Both the position numbers and the translations under genes were made by a program. 64,000 nt of DNA from the NCBI GenBank assembly GCA_963845755.1, contig CAWJTV010000033.1, positions 256,001-320,000 on the forward strand. Reading direction: 5' to 3'. This stretch comes from an uncultured Planctomycetota bacterium (GTDB taxonomy: Bacteria > Planctomycetota > Planctomycetia > Isosphaerales > Isosphaeraceae). Shown piece by piece: positions 13,017-22,424 of the stretch. The notes beneath the pieces are model-generated. The model had not been told where the DNA came from, did not search any database, and saw only the letters and a list, made by a program, of their open reading frames with translations. The first letter of the stretch is position 1; every line of letters starts with the position of its first letter.

Positions 13017-13258
13017 TCTTGGACCTCCGTGAGCAGGTCCTGGGGCACATACACCGTGCGAGTCTTACCCCCCTCCGAGAAGGTGAGGTGGTGGGCGGAG
13101 TGCAACGGGCCACCGTGGTGGCAGGCGCAGGAGGGCTGGCCGCAACGTTTCTGCACCTGGGCCAGGCTGGCCGCCAGGAGCGGCCCAGCCGGAGCCAGTT
13201 GCTTGAGGCGGCGGTCGAGCATCCGACGGACCAGCGTGGGGTGGCTCGGCACATGCAT
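12902..13258 (-). CDS. DUF6788-like IS accessory protein (Cys/His cluster)
   Basis: KRCGQPSCACHHGGPLH, GKTRTVYVP; lies inside the TIRs upstream of the transposase. Confidence 0.85.
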   Translation of the reverse strand: MHVPSHPTLVRRMLDRRLKQLAPAGPLLAASLAQVQKRCGQPSCACHHGGPLHSAHHLTFSEGGKTRTVYVPQDLLTEVQEWVQEHQRLKGLIHEISQLTLALIQGHVSHRKRRRGRR

Positions 13259-13433
13259 CGATGGGCCCCTGGAACTTCCGGTAAGTGGACCTTATACCGG
13301 GAAAGGCCCGAAAAGTCATGAGGTGCGAAGAAAAAAATTGAGGGCCTAGGATGGTCGGGCACTTCAACAGAGGTTCTACTCGGGACTTACGCTGCCGTCA
13401 AGGTGCGACAAATTCCCCAATTCCTCAGAGCTG

Positions 13434-13545
13434 GCTATCAGTGATTACTCTCGCCCGACAAGATTCTAAGTCGGTTGAATGAGTTCTTTTTGCTTTTGAT
13501 CTTTGTTATGCTGCTCAGGTCGCACAAGCTTGCATTCAGACGAGG
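13434..13545. promoter_or_regulatory. Divergent promoter element, copy A (leader part displaced to ~11315-11363 by the IS)
   Basis: Aligns with copies B-D; minus strand TAGA-N16-GTAA (13468-13445); plus strand TGtTATGCT extended -10-like sequence before the ECF gene. Confidence 0.65.
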
Positions 13546-13580
13546 CCGGGGGAGATTCCGGGTTTCAGGAGATGATCCCG

Positions 13581-14183
13581 ATGCGGCGAGAGCACTCCTC
13601 GCGGACGAGCGTGACTCTGCTGGGGCGGCTCCGTCGGGAGCCGAACGACCAGGCGGCCTGGAATGATTTTGTCGCGCGGTACCGGCCCCAGATCCTCCAG
13701 TGGTGTCGTCGCTGGCGACTCCAGGAGTCCGACGCCCAGGACGTGACCCAGGTTGTGCTCCTGAAACTCAACGGATTGATGGCGACCTTCGTCTACGATC
13801 CGTCGCGGAGTTTCCGTGGCTGGCTGAAGACGCTCACGCATCATGCCTGGCGTGACCTGGTGTCCGATCAGCGGCGCGTCGGCATCGGCAGCGGCGACGG
13901 CGCAATGCGCGAGTTTTTCGAGAGCCTGGAAGCCGGCGACGACCTGGTCCAACATCTCGAGGACGAATTCCGCCGCGAACTGATGGACCAGGCGATGTTG
14001 CGAGTCCGGCCGCGGGTCGCCGCTCGGACCTGGGACGCGTTTCGGCTGACGGCGCTGGAGGGATGCTCGGGTAACGCGGTCGCTGCGCAGCTCGAGATGA
14101 AAGTCTCCCACGTGTATGTGGCCAGGAGTGAGGTCAAGAAAATGATCCAGAATGAGGTCCGGAAGTTGGAAGGGCTCGAATGA
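13581..14183 (+). CDS. ECF sigma-70 factor (planctomycete kinase-associated type)
   Basis: TSVTLLGRLR, DQAAWNDFVARY, DAQDVTQVV, SFRGWLKT, TWDAFRLTALEG, VYVARSEV; AGGAG RBS. Confidence 0.93.
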   Translation: MRREHSSRTSVTLLGRLRREPNDQAAWNDFVARYRPQILQWCRRWRLQESDAQDVTQVVLLKLNGLMATFVYDPSRSFRGWLKTLTHHAWRDLVSDQRRVGIGSGDGAMREFFESLEAGDDLVQHLEDEFRRELMDQAMLRVRPRVAARTWDAFRLTALEGCSGNAVAAQLEMKVSHVYVARSEVKKMIQNEVRKLEGLE

Positions 14184-14265
14184 CAAGCGAACCTCGCCCC
14201 GACCGCGAGTCGCTCGTTCTCCTCCCGGACGAGCGCCTTGCCGATACCGAAAGCGACGAACCGGA
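14180..14265 (+). pseudogene. N-terminal stub of the ECF-partner Ser/Thr kinase (zf-HC2-like start)
   Basis: ATGA overlap with the ECF stop; MTSEPRPDRESLVLLPDERLADTE resembles 'CP..E.L..LL.E.L' kinase N-termini, then similarity ends. Confidence 0.5.
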
Positions 14266-14382
14266 GTGTCAAGCCGATTTCGGGTCCGACCTCGCCGGGC
14301 AAGGTCGTTCTATGAGATTATTTGTTTTAACATACGATCACGAAAAACTAAACTGGCCGTGGTGGTGACCATCTGGAGTCGA

Positions 14383-17300
14383 TCAGTGGTAAGTCCTGGA
14401 GGGGCGAAAGCCGAAGTTCAGGTTGGCGGCCGAAGGGTCGTACACGATTCGCATCGCCGATCGGACGTGCGCCGGTCCGATGTAGAACGCCCCGCCCCGG
14501 AGGGGAGGATCGTCCTGGTGATCTATACGTCTTATTACGTCGATATTATCGATGATAAATAGATTACTGCCCGTGCGATATGGCAAGTACTGGTTGTGAC
14601 ACCACTCCCATACGTTCCCGAGCATGTCCGACAAGCCCAGATCGTTCGGGAATAGGCCCCCGCACATCCAGGCACGCTCCTTGATCTTGGCTTGAATCCC
14701 GGCATAGGCGTCGAGCAGGTCGATCGAGTCACCGTAATATCGGCTGGTGGCCGCACCCGCCCGGCAGGCGTATTCCCATTCCGCCTCGGTCGGGAGCCGA
14801 TAGCCGAGGAGCTTCAAGGCATCGGCCTTGACCCGCATTCCTTCGCCGTACTCGCCCTTCTCGTTCGGCTCGTAGCACTCGGGTAGGTTCTCTCTCCGGC
14901 TGAGCCAGTTGCAGTAGGCAGCCGCTTGGTACCAATTCACCGCGTTCATCGGGCCGTCCAGGTTGGAACTGAATCGGGCGGGATTCGCGGTACCGCCTCC
15001 TGGGTTATCGGCCACAAATGCTCGATACTCCCGGATCGTCACCTCCTGGACAGCGATGGCGAACCGGCGGGGGATGATGCGGCGGTGCAGGATCTCTTCG
15101 GAAGATCGCCCCGGCTCGCTCGGCGGCGAGCCCATGGCGAACTCGACGGGCCCCTCGATCACGGCGAACGTCTGCCCCTGGCTGTTGACGTACCACCGCC
15201 GTTGGCTCCAGTCCTTGACCTTCATCAACTCGGCATCCCGTTCCTTGAGCTCTCGCTGCCGCTTCCATTGCCGCAAGGTCCAGGCCGCTGCCCCGTGAAT
15301 GCCTGCATCCGGATCGTTGCGGTAGAGATCGAGTAGTTTGTCGATCAATGGCTCCCTCTCGCCGGGAGACAGCCCATCCGTCCCGTATGTCCCCAGCGCC
15401 AGGATCAGCGCCCGACGCATCGAGGTCTCGGGGTGGAAGAGGATTGCCTCCATGAGTTGCTGTCCCTCGGCGGGACTCGTCTGGGCGGAAGCAGGCAGAC
15501 GATTCAATTCGAACGCGATGGCGCTAGGGTCGGCCCCGAGCAGGCTGAGCCAGTTGACGATGAAGCTCCTCAGCCGGGGGTCGGCACTGTGCCGCAGCAA
15601 TGGCGTGATCTCGTCCGGTTTCCCCATGCGAAGGAGAGCAACCGCCGCCCGAGCCTGTCGTTCCGCCAGTCGGTCCCTGGCCTCCTCCGTGATCACCGGA
15701 CGGTGCCAGACCGAGGTGGTGATCGGCGTTCCCTCGAGGGAAGTCCGGGCGACCGAGAGAGCGACCATGCGGTAGCCCTGAACCACCAGTTCGCGGCAAC
15801 GCTGGAGATGAGCAGTCGGGTCGAGGCCAAGGACGGGACTTGTCTCGAACCGGAATTCGCCCGTCCAGACAGCGGCGTAGGAGCGGTCCAGGTGCCCTGC
15901 CTTCATGATGTCGGCGACTGCCGGTTGTTCTCGCAGGGCGTCGAGGTCGGCTTCCTCTTGCACTTGCCTGTAATCGGCGTAGCCATTCTCGATCGCCTTG
16001 CGAATCAAGGCGATGGCCCGATCCGAAAGCGACCGACTCCGCGCCGGGTCCTTCCGGGCAACAGCCTGAGATGCCAGGGCATAGGCACGGGCGGCATCAT
16101 ATTGCCGTTCGAAATTCTGGGGCTTTTCCTCGAGGGCAGCTTCGAGCCGCTCCAGCGCCTCGTCGGTTCCCTGTCCCAATTCCGCTGCCACGATGACCCT
16201 CAGGTAGAGCTTCCGGCTCTCGCTGACGTATTCTCTCTCGAACTTCTCCAGATCCGCCCTCGCCTGGTCCTTGTGACCCAGCCGGGCATGGGCGGTGGCA
16301 CGGAACTGATGGGCCTGGGTGTGTTGCGGCCAGCGCAGGATGACGGCATCGAGCTCGTGAATGGCCTTCTGGCCCTCGCCAAGCTGTAAGTGAGCCGACG
16401 CCCGTGCGAGTTGAGCGTAGATATCTTCAGGGTCCTCCTTGATGGCGGCTTCCGCCACTTGAAGGGCCAGGGCGGCACGCGCCTTCCTGCTGGTCTGCGG
16501 GGGTGCCGCTGTGAGATCGAGATCGATCAGGGAGCTAGACTGCTGAGCAACCACGCCGGGGAGTTGCGCTTCCGAAAGACCATACTGAAAGACAGACACG
16601 TCGGAGACTCCGATGGCCGTCTTGTGCCAGACCCCGGAGTAGCCCAGTTTGCCATCCGCTTGCTGCCAGGCATGCAATGTCATGGGGGCCAGCCCGGCGT
16701 TCTTGATTTGGTCTGCGAGCTTCGTGAATTCGGCGGCGGATGACGCCAGGACCATTCGTGCATCGTCATCGAGCCCTGTCCTCCGCGCCCACAGGGCGGC
16801 GAAGCGAGAGGTGGGTTTGCCCACCTGCCCCCCCGCAGCCAGATATCCGGCGACATCGGACGGAAGATATCCCTCCTTGCGATTCCGATCGTCATCCCGG
16901 CGAGTCTCGTCGGCTGTCTGATCGTGAGCCATTCGCCAGGGACGCCCATCTCGTATCCAGACCGCCGCCACCCGAAGGGTTTTGCCATCGGTATAGGGAC
17001 GGAACCGGGTCGGACGATAGCCCGACGGCCGAAGAACCTCGGCAACTTTGACGAACTCGTCCAGGGGCATTGTCTGGCAGAAGGCGAATCGTTCCGTGAG
17101 CATCCCCTGAACCGATTCGATCCTGGCGGTGAGTGTGGGGTCCGGCGTGGTCCAGTTGGGATCGAGGGGAGGGTCATTCCATGTGAGCGTGAGCTTCCTG
17201 GCCAGTTCAGCGTGGAGAAGCGGTGAGGTCAGCGCTTCGTGGTACTCGGCGATGGAGTAACACGCCGCATACGTCTGGGGGCCGGCATCCATGAGCACGT

Positions 17301-20300
17301 TCGCGACGTTCTGAAAGATTGCCCCGAAGGATGTCACGATGGGTGTCCGCGCCGGGCGGAGTGCGCCGAGCCATGCACGGAGAAACATGGGATTGACCCG
17401 GATCAGGGCTTGCGTCAACTTGCCACCCACCGACCCCCAGCGAGGGCTGGCGGCGTCGTAATCCGCCAGGGCACTCGCTACTGGAAGCAGGCTCACGTCG
17501 CCGGTTTGGTCTGAATCGAGCACCGACCACAGCTTCGGGACCAGGGTCGCCTGATGGGGTTTCAGGGCATCACGGAGCACAGGAAGTTCGCTGGGAGCGG
17601 CTTTGATCAGGCGGTTGAAGAGGTAATCCACCTGGGTTGCATCGACGGAGAGAAGAGCGAGGCTGGCATGAAGTTTCTGCCGTGAATCCTCCGAACTCTT
17701 TTCCAGTTCGTTCCTCAGCGCGGTGTCGACCCACTTACGATAATCCCGCATGGCACGCACGATGTCCGGGACCTGGAGGGTGTCCGCATCGAGAACACGT
17801 TGGACCAGACCGGCTGCGCGGGTGGCGCTCCGATTCTCGATGAACTGGCGACGACCGGCGATCCCGGCAAGAACTCCCGCACTCAGGAGAGCCAAGGTCA
17901 GGACACCTCGCACCCCATGCACACGCCCCGCCCGCGCCATCATCTTGCGTTGGGGATCGGTCCAGTCCCGTCTCTTGGTCAGCAACCAAATGTTCGCCCA
18001 TTCGAGGGCGGATGGCAGGTGACGGCTTTCGGGTTTGGCATTCCAGAAAGACGAGCGTTCCGCCAACCGAAGCTCCGCTCGACCTCGCCGGGTTTCCCTT
18101 TGCTTGCGGGTTAGCCAGTCCCGAAGTGAGTGGACCAGATAATCGTGAGTGAGCTGGTAATACGCGAAGGATGAAGGATGAAGAATGAAGGATGAATCGG
18201 AACCCGGATCGGCGGATTGCCGCCCAGAGGGTTCATCATTCATCCTTCCGCCTTCATCCTTTCCCGAAGCGTCGGTGGGTGTGATCAGGCGAAGCTCGGG
18301 ATCGAGGATGCGAATCAAGTCATCGAAGTCCTTGGGGCGGTTCCCATAGCCGGACACTGAGAGCAACTCCTGGCGGGATCTCAATTGCCCCTTGATGTCG
18401 GTGCCGGTCTCGGGAAGGAGCGCCTTCAACACCGTCTGGGCGGCTTTCTGGTGGAATCGATGCTCGGGAGGCGCGGTCGAGGCGCTGAAAGTCTCTTCCA
18501 GGAACGTGACACCGACACCCTCAGTGCCGCCGACTTCCTCCAGGGTGGAAGGAGCCCACGGTTTGCCTTTCATCATCTCGGCATAGAGCGCCAGGCGGAC
18601 GGAAACGACCTTGCCTTGTTCCGCAAGTCCATCCAAGGATCTCTTCAGGAATTCGTTCAGTTCGCTCGAGGTGTCCGACACTTTCTCGGGAACCTTGCCG
18701 AATGCCCGACCGAATGCCACCAGGACCTTTCGCGCGTGGTCCAGGTCGAAGAGATCGACGGCCGCCGAGTTCTCGCCTTCGAGGAGGCGGATCTCCAGAT
18801 TCTTCATCAACCGGGTCGCCGCCATCCAGAAATCATCCCTCACCATCACGACGGCCTGAACATGTTCGCCATCGCACTGACGAAGGGCGGCGATCAGTTC
18901 GCCATTCCCCTCACCTCGCCTGGCAAACAGCCATTGCTCGAACTGGTCCAGGATCACCAGCACCTTATGCTGAGACGGCAAGATGCGACCTTTTCGCAGT
19001 CTCGCCAGTGAATCAACCAGCCCCAATCCTCGGGGCAGTCTAGGACGAACCTTGCGTAGACCTCTGAGCAGCCGAGCCTCGGTCTCTTCTGGAGTCGCCT
19101 CGAGGTATACCGGAAGGACGTGCTTGCCGAGCCGGGGCAAGAGTCCCGCTCTGACCAGCGACGACTTGCCACAACCCGAGGGGCCGTAAATCAGGCCCAC
19201 CCGGAAAGTCAGATCGGGGTCGATCTGCTCGATTTTGCGCTTCCAGAATCGGATGCTTTCCGGCAGTCCATCCCGATCGCGAGGTCCGGGGAGAAGTTCC
19301 AGGAAAAAGTCGGCATCATCCTCGTCGAAGGCTCGCAGCCCCTTCGGGACGATCTTGACGGGTCGGTCGTCGGAATCGGTTTTCCGGGAGGTGGCCGGGA
19401 GGGGAGCGGACTCCAGACTTGATCCGGCCGTGCCGTTCGTCAGAGCCGTCAGGGCGCCCGCCGCGGCCTGGACGAACAAGCGTAGGTCTTCCGCCATGTC
19501 CTTGGCGGTACTGTACCGATCCGAAGCCCGCTTCGAGAGGGCCTTGAGGCAGATCCGTTCCAGTTCCTTGGGGATCGTGTCGTCGATCTGCCGAAGCGGG
19601 CGAGGCTCGACGGAAATGATCTGCTCCATGATCTCGAGCCGAAAATCACCTCGGAATGGTCGCTTTCCGGTCAACAACTCGTACAACACGACGCCCAGGC
19701 TGAAGATGTCGGATCGACCGTCAACCCGATGACCTTCGCCCCTGGCTTGCTCAGGACTCATGTAGGAGGGTGTGCCACCGAGTCCTCCACCTTTTCCGAA
19801 GTCCTCGTCTCGGAGGACCAGACCGAAATCGGCGATACAAGGCTTGCCCGATGCGTCGATCAGGATGTTGGCGGGCTTGATATCCCGGTGGACAAGCCCA
19901 TGAGTGTGGGCGTAATGCAATGCGTCGGCAATGGCTGGCAGCCAGTTCCGCCGAATCCCGGAAGGTCGGTCGAGCGTGTCCCATCCTGACCGCCAGATCG
20001 CTGCCTTCGACGAGCTTCGAGACGACGAACCAGATTCCGTCCTCCGTGCGACCCACGTCATGAACCGGCACGATATGGGGATGGTCGAGATTGGCGAGGA
20101 TCTTGGCTTCAAGGAGAAACGCTTCGGGATCCTCGATGTGGGTGGGCCGCTCGAGCTTCGGCACCTTGATGGCAACGAGGCGGGCCAGATCATTGTCGCG
20201 AGCACGATAGACCCGTCCGAACCCGCCCTCTCCCAACCTGCCAAGGATCGTGTAACGCCCGATCTTGTCGGGATCCCCAGACGGGAAACTACCCGAACCC

Positions 20301-20422
20301 TCGTTAGACAGTTGCGAGCCAGCGGTTCCCGACAGGCCGTTTGACTCATCCGAGGAGCCATCCAACGCCTCAGCAGGCGCCTGAGAGGCAGTCCAATTAG
20401 ACAGATTCTTCGTTTCACCCAT
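14383..20422 (-). CDS. Giant Ser/Thr kinase - STAND NTPase - helical - BTRD1-like repeats - TPR - FGE/SUMF1 protein; frameshift near 19935
   Basis: LGEGGFGRVY, VAIK (ORF 19751..20422); HRDIKPANIL, DFG, SYMSPEQ; GPSGCGKSS and LDQFEQ; repeats ending AAVW/AALW/SGVW; YDAARAYA TPR; RLPTEAEWEYACRAG, DMLGNVWEW, GFRPSRT. Confidence 0.9.
18166..18263. repeat. Inverted heptamer (GGATGAA)n ... (TTCATCC)n palindrome inserted in frame in the kinase gene
   Basis: GAAGGATGAAGGATGAAGAATGAAGGATGAA ... TTCATCATTCATCCTTCCGCCTTCATCCTT, translated KDEGGRMNDE...SSFILHPSSF. Confidence 0.85.
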
Positions 20423-20649
20423 TGTTCGATCCCTGACGACGATCGATCTCGTTGATGATTGTCGAGCAGGTCGATTATCTCATCCCCAGCCGGCACAAAG
20501 AAGTGCGGTCAACAATTGGCGGCCTCGGGGGGTGACTCCCATTCAGGCGCAGTATCAAGGGAACGAGGTGTAGGTTGCGTGACGGATCCGATCCCAAGGC
20601 TGGGCGACGATTACGGGGAATCGGTTCAAGTGTGCCCGATTCGTCGTCG

Positions 20650-20900
20650 CGATGTTGACGCGATCCCCCGACTGGACGGGGAGGGATGTTGTCCGGCAAG
20701 GATCGCCTCGGCGTCGAGGACATCGGGAGATGCGGTCGGGAGGCCCGACAGTCGGAGGAAGCCCCAGAACTCCACGGCCTTGATGATCGCGTCGGTCGGC
20801 GGGGTCAGGTATTTGAAACCACTACCAGGATCGAGAGCCCCCTGTTGTCCCCTTGAGCTCGTGTCGCAATGCAAGAAACTCGGCGTCCCGGATTCTCGGT
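20650..20900 (-). pseudogene. PIN/VapC-like toxin fragment
   Basis: KYLTPPTDAIIKAVEFWGFLRLSGLPTASPDVLDAEAILAGQ resembles the C-terminal half of PIN proteins (AA.FWA..R..G.PTA....LD.D.ILA.Q); no start found. Confidence 0.55.
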
Positions 20901-20949
20901 CGGCGTGTAGACTGGTCGAGGCAAGAGATAGCCCGTCGGAGCTCCGATC

Positions 20950-21060
20950 CGCGCAGGTCTCCAGACTCCGCCGTCTGGCGGACCGAAGGTCCTCCGTCGG
21001 AGTTGAGAATGGAGACCTTCGGTCGGCCGAGTGGCAAGTTCCGGAGATCTTGCCACAACG
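20950..21060. repeat. REP-like palindromic repeat
   Basis: GACCGAAGGTC(C)TCC ... GGAGACCTTCGGTC inverted pair plus hairpin GTGGCAAG..CTTGCCAC, just downstream of the propeller gene. Confidence 0.7.
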
Positions 21061-21121
21061 GGTCGTGGATCGCGAATAAACCGGGAACGGATTCACGACC
21101 TGTTCCGCAAGTACGGAAACG

Positions 21122-22048
21122 CTACTGGATCTGCTGCCCTCCAACACACATCAGGGCAGGCGCGGCCTGACTCGTCTGCCCGGTAACAGGCGAGCTCGAC
21201 GTCCATGTGCTACCGCCGTCGCCGGAGGCGGTCACCTTCAGGTCGTTGCTGTTGTCATTGGATACATATGCTAGGACAAGGGAACCATTGACGTTGCAAA
21301 GGCTTGGAGCCATCTTGCTCGACTGCGTTCCCACCTTCACAGACGCGGTCCATGTGCTTCCGCCGTCGCTGGAAGTGGTCACTTTCAGGTCGTTGCTGCT
21401 GTCGTTGGCGACATACGCCAGGACCAGCCCCGGTCCGCCTCCAATCAGGGCGGGAGCCATCTTGCTCGACTGCGTTCCGACCTTCACGGACGACGTCCAT
21501 GTGCTTCCGCCGTCGCTGGAGGTAGTCACTTTCAGGTCGTTGCTGCTGTCGTTGGCGACATACGCCAGGACAAGCGTGCTTCCGACTATCACCAAGGCGG
21601 GAGCCATCTTGCTCGACTGCCCCCCCGTAACAGGCATGGATGAAGTCCAAGATCCGATTCCAGAATCCGATGTTGTGACGAGCAGTCGATTCGAGCCGTC
21701 ATTCGCGACATAGACCATGACGACTGCGCCGTCGCCATTATCGAGCACGGCAAGGGCAGGCACCAATTTGCTGGATTGGCCGCCGACGCCCTGGGGTGGC
21801 TCCCACGTCGTGCCATCGATTGAGATGGTCGTCATAAGGTCGTTGTTGTCGCTGTTTGCAACGTAGGCCACAACCGGACCATTTGCCGAATTGCAGACCG
21901 CTGGTCCGGTCTTGTTCGACTGCCCAGGGATCGCTGTGCTCGGGCTCCAAGGGCCAGTCGCCTCGGGGAAGCCTGAGAGCGTCCAGAGCAGGTCATTGCT
22001 GCTCTTTGCGAGGTAGAAGAGATATGTGCCAAAGGTAGTGGCTGCCAT
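21122..22048 (-). CDS. Six-repeat Asp-box (BNR) beta-propeller protein, copy 1 (308 aa, no signal peptide)
   Basis: 46-aa repeats LVLAYVANDSSNDLKVTTSSDGGSTWTSSVKVGTQSSKMAPAL; Asp-box SxDGGxTW; AGGAG RBS. Confidence 0.9.
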   Translation of the reverse strand: MAATTFGTYLFYLAKSSNDLLWTLSGFPEATGPWSPSTAIPGQSNKTGPAVCNSANGPVVAYVANSDNNDLMTTISIDGTTWEPPQGVGGQSSKLVPALAVLDNGDGAVVMVYVANDGSNRLLVTTSDSGIGSWTSSMPVTGGQSSKMAPALVIVGSTLVLAYVANDSSNDLKVTTSSDGGSTWTSSVKVGTQSSKMAPALIGGGPGLVLAYVANDSSNDLKVTTSSDGGSTWTASVKVGTQSSKMAPSLCNVNGSLVLAYVSNDNSNDLKVTASGDGGSTWTSSSPVTGQTSQAAPALMCVGGQQIQ

Positions 22049-22052
22049 GTAC

Positions 22053-22255
22053 CGCTCCTGGAGTTGATGGGTCCGCTGCCCGGACGGAATCAGGCCCTTG
22101 CCGCCATCGCGTCGCGGCCTGCTCGCACGAGCAAAAAGAGAGTCGTCTATCAGTCATTACTCTCTTCACCGGAAAACCTATGACGGCTGAGTTCTTTTTC
22201 TTGATTCGATCTTCGGTTGTGGTTGGATTGTGCAGGCCTGCATCCGGACGAGGCG
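22053..22255. promoter_or_regulatory. Divergent promoter/leader element, copy B
   Basis: Minus strand TAGG-N16-GTAA (22180-22157); 85-bp leader 22053-22137 identical to 23356-23440. Confidence 0.75.
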
Positions 22256-22289
22256 ATCGAAGGCTCAGGCGCCCTCGGAGACGGTGCCC

Positions 22290-22373
22290 TTGCCCGCAGA
22301 CCACTCCTCACAGACCAGCGTCATCTTGCTGGTCCGGCTCCGACAGGACCCGAGGGATCAGGCGGCATGGAAA
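22290..22373 (+). pseudogene. ECF sigma N-terminal remnant
   Basis: DHSSQTSVILLVRLRQDPRDQAAWK vs EHSSRTSVTLLGRLRREPNDQAAWN of the 13581 ECF; same GGAG spacing with TTG in place of ATG. Confidence 0.85.
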
Positions 22374-22424
22374 CACCGAGCCTGCCTGCTCCGACGACGC
22401 GGCGCGCCCGTAGGTACGGAAACG

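Larger units (their letters stand above)
11364..13433 (-). mobile_element. IS with DUF6788 ORF and DDE transposase, 2070 bp, 9-bp TSD
   Basis: TIRs CAGCCCTGAGAAAT / CAGCTCTGAGGAAT (12/14); direct repeat GCTATCAGT at 11355-11363 and 13434-13442. Confidence 0.9.

Noticed and set aside
19940..20496. N-terminal ~185 aa of the 2037-aa ORF as listed
   Set aside because: Wrong frame; the real kinase N-lobe is in ORF 19751..20422.
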